Shown here: in pieces, positions 61,808 to 64,000 of the stretch
How positions within the stretch are numbered: position 1 is the stretch's first letter
Layout: every line of letters begins with the position of its first letter
From: an uncultured Nitrospiraceae bacterium
Lineage (GTDB): Bacteria; Nitrospirota; Nitrospiria; Nitrospirales; Nitrospiraceae
Assembly (NCBI GenBank): GCA_963706325.1
Contig: CAVPLT010000004.1
Location: 1 to 64,000 of the forward strand
DNA: 64,000 bases
Direction of reading: 5' to 3'
Program-made: the position numbers and the translations under genes
Notes under the pieces: generated by a model
Database searches by the model: none
Told to the model about the DNA's origin: nothing
Seen by the model: only the letters and a program-made list of their open reading frames with translations

Positions 61808-61836
61808 TTGACATAAGTAGTGCGGATCTCTATAAT
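61808..61836 (+). promoter_or_regulatory. Consensus sigma70 promoter of the str operon
   Basis: TTGACA-17-TATAAT. Confidence 0.9.
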
Positions 61837-61899
61837 CCGACGGCTTTGCTCATGAGCATTTTAAGTAAATGTTTGCTTGACCACGAAAGAGTATAGTGC

Positions 61900-62271
61900 A
61901 TGCCAACGATTAATCAGCTCGTGCGAAAAGGCCGCACGCTTGTAAAGCCTAAGACGAAAAGCCCGGCGCTCAAAAGTTGTCCGCAGAAGCGCGGAGTCTG
62001 TCTCCGCGTCTACACGACGACTCCCAAAAAACCAAACTCCGCTCTTCGGAAGGTGGCTCGTGTTCGGTTGACGAACGGGATGGAGGTCACCACGTACATC
62101 CCTGGTGTCGGCCATAATCTGCAGGAGCACTCCATTGTATTGGTTCGTGGTGGTCGCGTGAAGGACTTGCCTGGTGTGCGATATCACATTGTGCGAGGTT
62201 CTCTGGATGCGGTGGGGGTCGCTGATCGTAAGCAGTCCCGTTCCAAGTACGGAGCGAAGCGCCCAAAGTAG
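61900..62271 (+). CDS. rpsL: 30S ribosomal protein S12
   Basis: [21 protein letters not shown]. Confidence 0.99.
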   Translation: MPTINQLVRKGRTLVKPKTKSPALKSCPQKRGVCLRVYTTTPKKPNSALRKVARVRLTNGMEVTTYIPGVGHNLQEHSIVLVRGGRVKDLPGVRYHIVRGSLDAVGVADRKQSRSKYGAKRPK

Positions 62272-62331
62272 CAATTGTTGTGTCATTGCGTCTGTGCGCA
62301 ATGGAAACCGATTTTACCTTATAGGATAACG

Positions 62332-62805
62332 ATGCCACGCGGACAATTTTTCGGTCATCGAGAGGCGCAGCCCGATTCGAAGTATCGCGATAAGCTTGTC
62401 GGCAAATTTCTGAACGTCCTAATGGGCGGCGGAAAGAAGAGCACGGCAGAGCGTGTATGTTACGGGGCATTCGATTTGATCCAGGAGAAAACTAGCGGCG
62501 GTGATCCGATGAAGGTCTTCAAGTCGGCCGTCGATAACGTGAAGCCGGTTGTAGAGGTGAAGTCGCGTCGGGTGGGTGGTGCTTCCTATCAGGTGCCTGT
62601 TGAGATACGACCGTCACGTCGGGTTTCATTGGCATTGCGATGGATTACCGAATACTCGCGTTCGCGGGGCGGGAAAAGCATGCAGGATCGACTTGCCGCT
62701 GAATTGCTCGATGCGTCCAATAACACGGGTGCATCGGTGAAAAAGCGCGAGGATGTCCATAGAATGGCTGAGGCCAACAAGGCCTTTGCTCATTACCGCT
62801 GGTAA
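62332..62805 (+). CDS. rpsG: 30S ribosomal protein S7
   Basis: MPR start, [25 protein letters not shown]. Confidence 0.99.
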   Translation: MPRGQFFGHREAQPDSKYRDKLVGKFLNVLMGGGKKSTAERVCYGAFDLIQEKTSGGDPMKVFKSAVDNVKPVVEVKSRRVGGASYQVPVEIRPSRRVSLALRWITEYSRSRGGKSMQDRLAAELLDASNNTGASVKKREDVHRMAEANKAFAHYRW

Positions 62806-62926
62806 TTAGTTGGTCTCGTGTCGTGCTGCTGTTGAGCCAGGCTGCGAAATTGCCGGATAAATTCCGGCCTCGCAGGGCAAGGTTTACGGCTCGGATGGCG
62901 GCACGTTCGTTTTTTCTGGGGGAGTT

Positions 62927-64000
62927 GTGGCCAGGCAGACACCGTTAGAGCGTACTCGAAATATCGGCATCATGGCGCATATTGATGCTGGAAAGACGAC
63001 GACCACTGAGCGAATTCTCTATTACACGGGAATGACGCATAAGATGGGAGAGGTGCATGAGGGCGCTGCGACGATGGATTGGATGGAGCAGGAGCGTGAG
63101 CGTGGCATTACCATCACCGCGGCCGCAACGACCTGCTTCTGGCGCGAGCACCGTATCAATATTATCGATACGCCTGGTCACGTAGATTTCACCATTGAGG
63201 TTGAGCGTTCGTTGCGGGTTCTTGATGGTGCCGTTGCGGCATTTGACTCGGTGCAGGGTGTCGAGCCTCAGTCTGAGACCGTGTGGCGCCAAGCTGATAA
63301 GTATGAGGTCCCTCGCATCGCTTTTATGAATAAGATGGATCGTATCGGGGCAGATTTTTACGCCAGTGTTCAGTCGATTATCGATCGTTTGGGCGCCAAT
63401 CCTGTGCCCATTCAGATCCCGATCGGGCGCGAATCGGAGTTTCGTGGCTCTGTCGATCTCATTACGATGAAGGGATACTTTTACGACGACGAAACGCTTG
63501 GGGCTAAATATAAAATCGGTGAAATTCCTGCCGATATGGTCGACCAGGCAAGCGAGTATCGGCAGAAAATGCTCGATGCGGTTGCCGAATTCGATGATCA
63601 CGTCATGGAGAAGTATATCAACGGTCAGTCGTTGAGTGAAGACGAGGTCCGGCGTGTCGTTCGTGCCGGCACTATCTCTATGAAGATCGTTCCTGTGCTT
63701 TGCGGCTCTGCCTTTAAGAATAAGGGTGTACAGCAGTTGCTGGATGGCGTTGTTGATTTCCTTCCTTCGCCGGTTGATATCCCGCCAGTGATCGGGGTGG
63801 AGCCTAACGGCGGGAAAGAAGTGCAGCGTGCGCCCTCCGATTCTGAACCATTTTCCGCGCTTGCATTTAAAATCATGACTGACCCCTTTGCTGGACAGCT
63901 GACGTTTTTTCGAGTGTATTCAGGCACCTTAAAGACCGGAACTCCGGTTCTCAACGTGACTAAGGGAACGAAGGATCGCGTCGGGCGCCTTTTGAAGATG
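62927..64000 (+). CDS. fusA: Elongation factor G (runs off the window)
   Basis: GTG start, [35 protein letters not shown]. Confidence 0.98.
   Translation, partial: MARQTPLERTRNIGIMAHIDAGKTTTTERILYYTGMTHKMGEVHEGAATMDWMEQERERGITITAAATTCFWREHRINIIDTPGHVDFTIEVERSLRVLDGAVAAFDSVQGVEPQSETVWRQADKYEVPRIAFMNKMDRIGADFYASVQSIIDRLGANPVPIQIPIGRESEFRGSVDLITMKGYFYDDETLGAKYKIGEIPADMVDQASEYRQKMLDAVAEFDDHVMEKYINGQSLSEDEVRRVVRAGTISMKIVPVLCGSAFKNKGVQQLLDGVVDFLPSPVDIPPVIGVEPNGGKEVQRAPSDSEPFSALAFKIMTDPFAGQLTFFRVYSGTLKTGTPVLNVTKGTKDRVGRLLKM

Noticed and set aside
55100..62200. Rifampicin or streptomycin resistance alleles in rpoB and rpsL
   Set aside because: Cluster I ([22 protein letters not shown]) and the S12 lysines look wild type.
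53593..63954. Many alternative-frame and antisense ORFs over rpoB, rpoC and fusA
   Set aside because: Shadows of highly conserved genes, with no independent signals.

Overview
Bacterial chromosome segment, most likely Nitrospira (inferred from gene content and protein style, not from a database search). It has three parts. (1) 1-1700 is the end of an integrative element (XRE regulator plus tyrosine integrase) abutting the 3' end of tRNA-Arg(CCT) at 1703-1779 (-). (2) 1741-27927 is a ~26 kb island bounded by a 40-bp direct repeat that is the 5' half of the same tRNA. It carries a paralogous integrase and excisionase, radC, and a filamentous-phage (inovirus) module: HTH, origin hairpin, Rep_trans, pV-, pIII-, pVI-like, Zot/pI, pVIII and a second coat paralogue, several with 1-bp frameshifts. 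Its cargo includes a type III Mod remnant, a PAS histidine kinase, a methyltransferase, an RcsF-like lipoprotein, a second rlpA, an Fe-S protein, an orphan nuoB and many small proteins. (3) 28 kb to the end is core genome: two MFS transporters, a GldAFG-like ABC system, rlpA, HEAT proteins, glgP, a UvrD helicase, then tRNA-Tyr/Gly/Thr-tuf-rpmG-tRNA-Trp-secE-nusG-rplKA-rplJL-rpoBC-rpsLG-fusA. Main oddities: the island replaces the tRNA's 5' half and apparently supplies a new promoter hidden in the integrase's last codons; two sister integrases converge on one tRNA; the inovirus has a permuted gene order and a leaderless coat duplicate; rplJ and rplL form one reading frame with a strong internal ribosome-binding site and no L10 leader.
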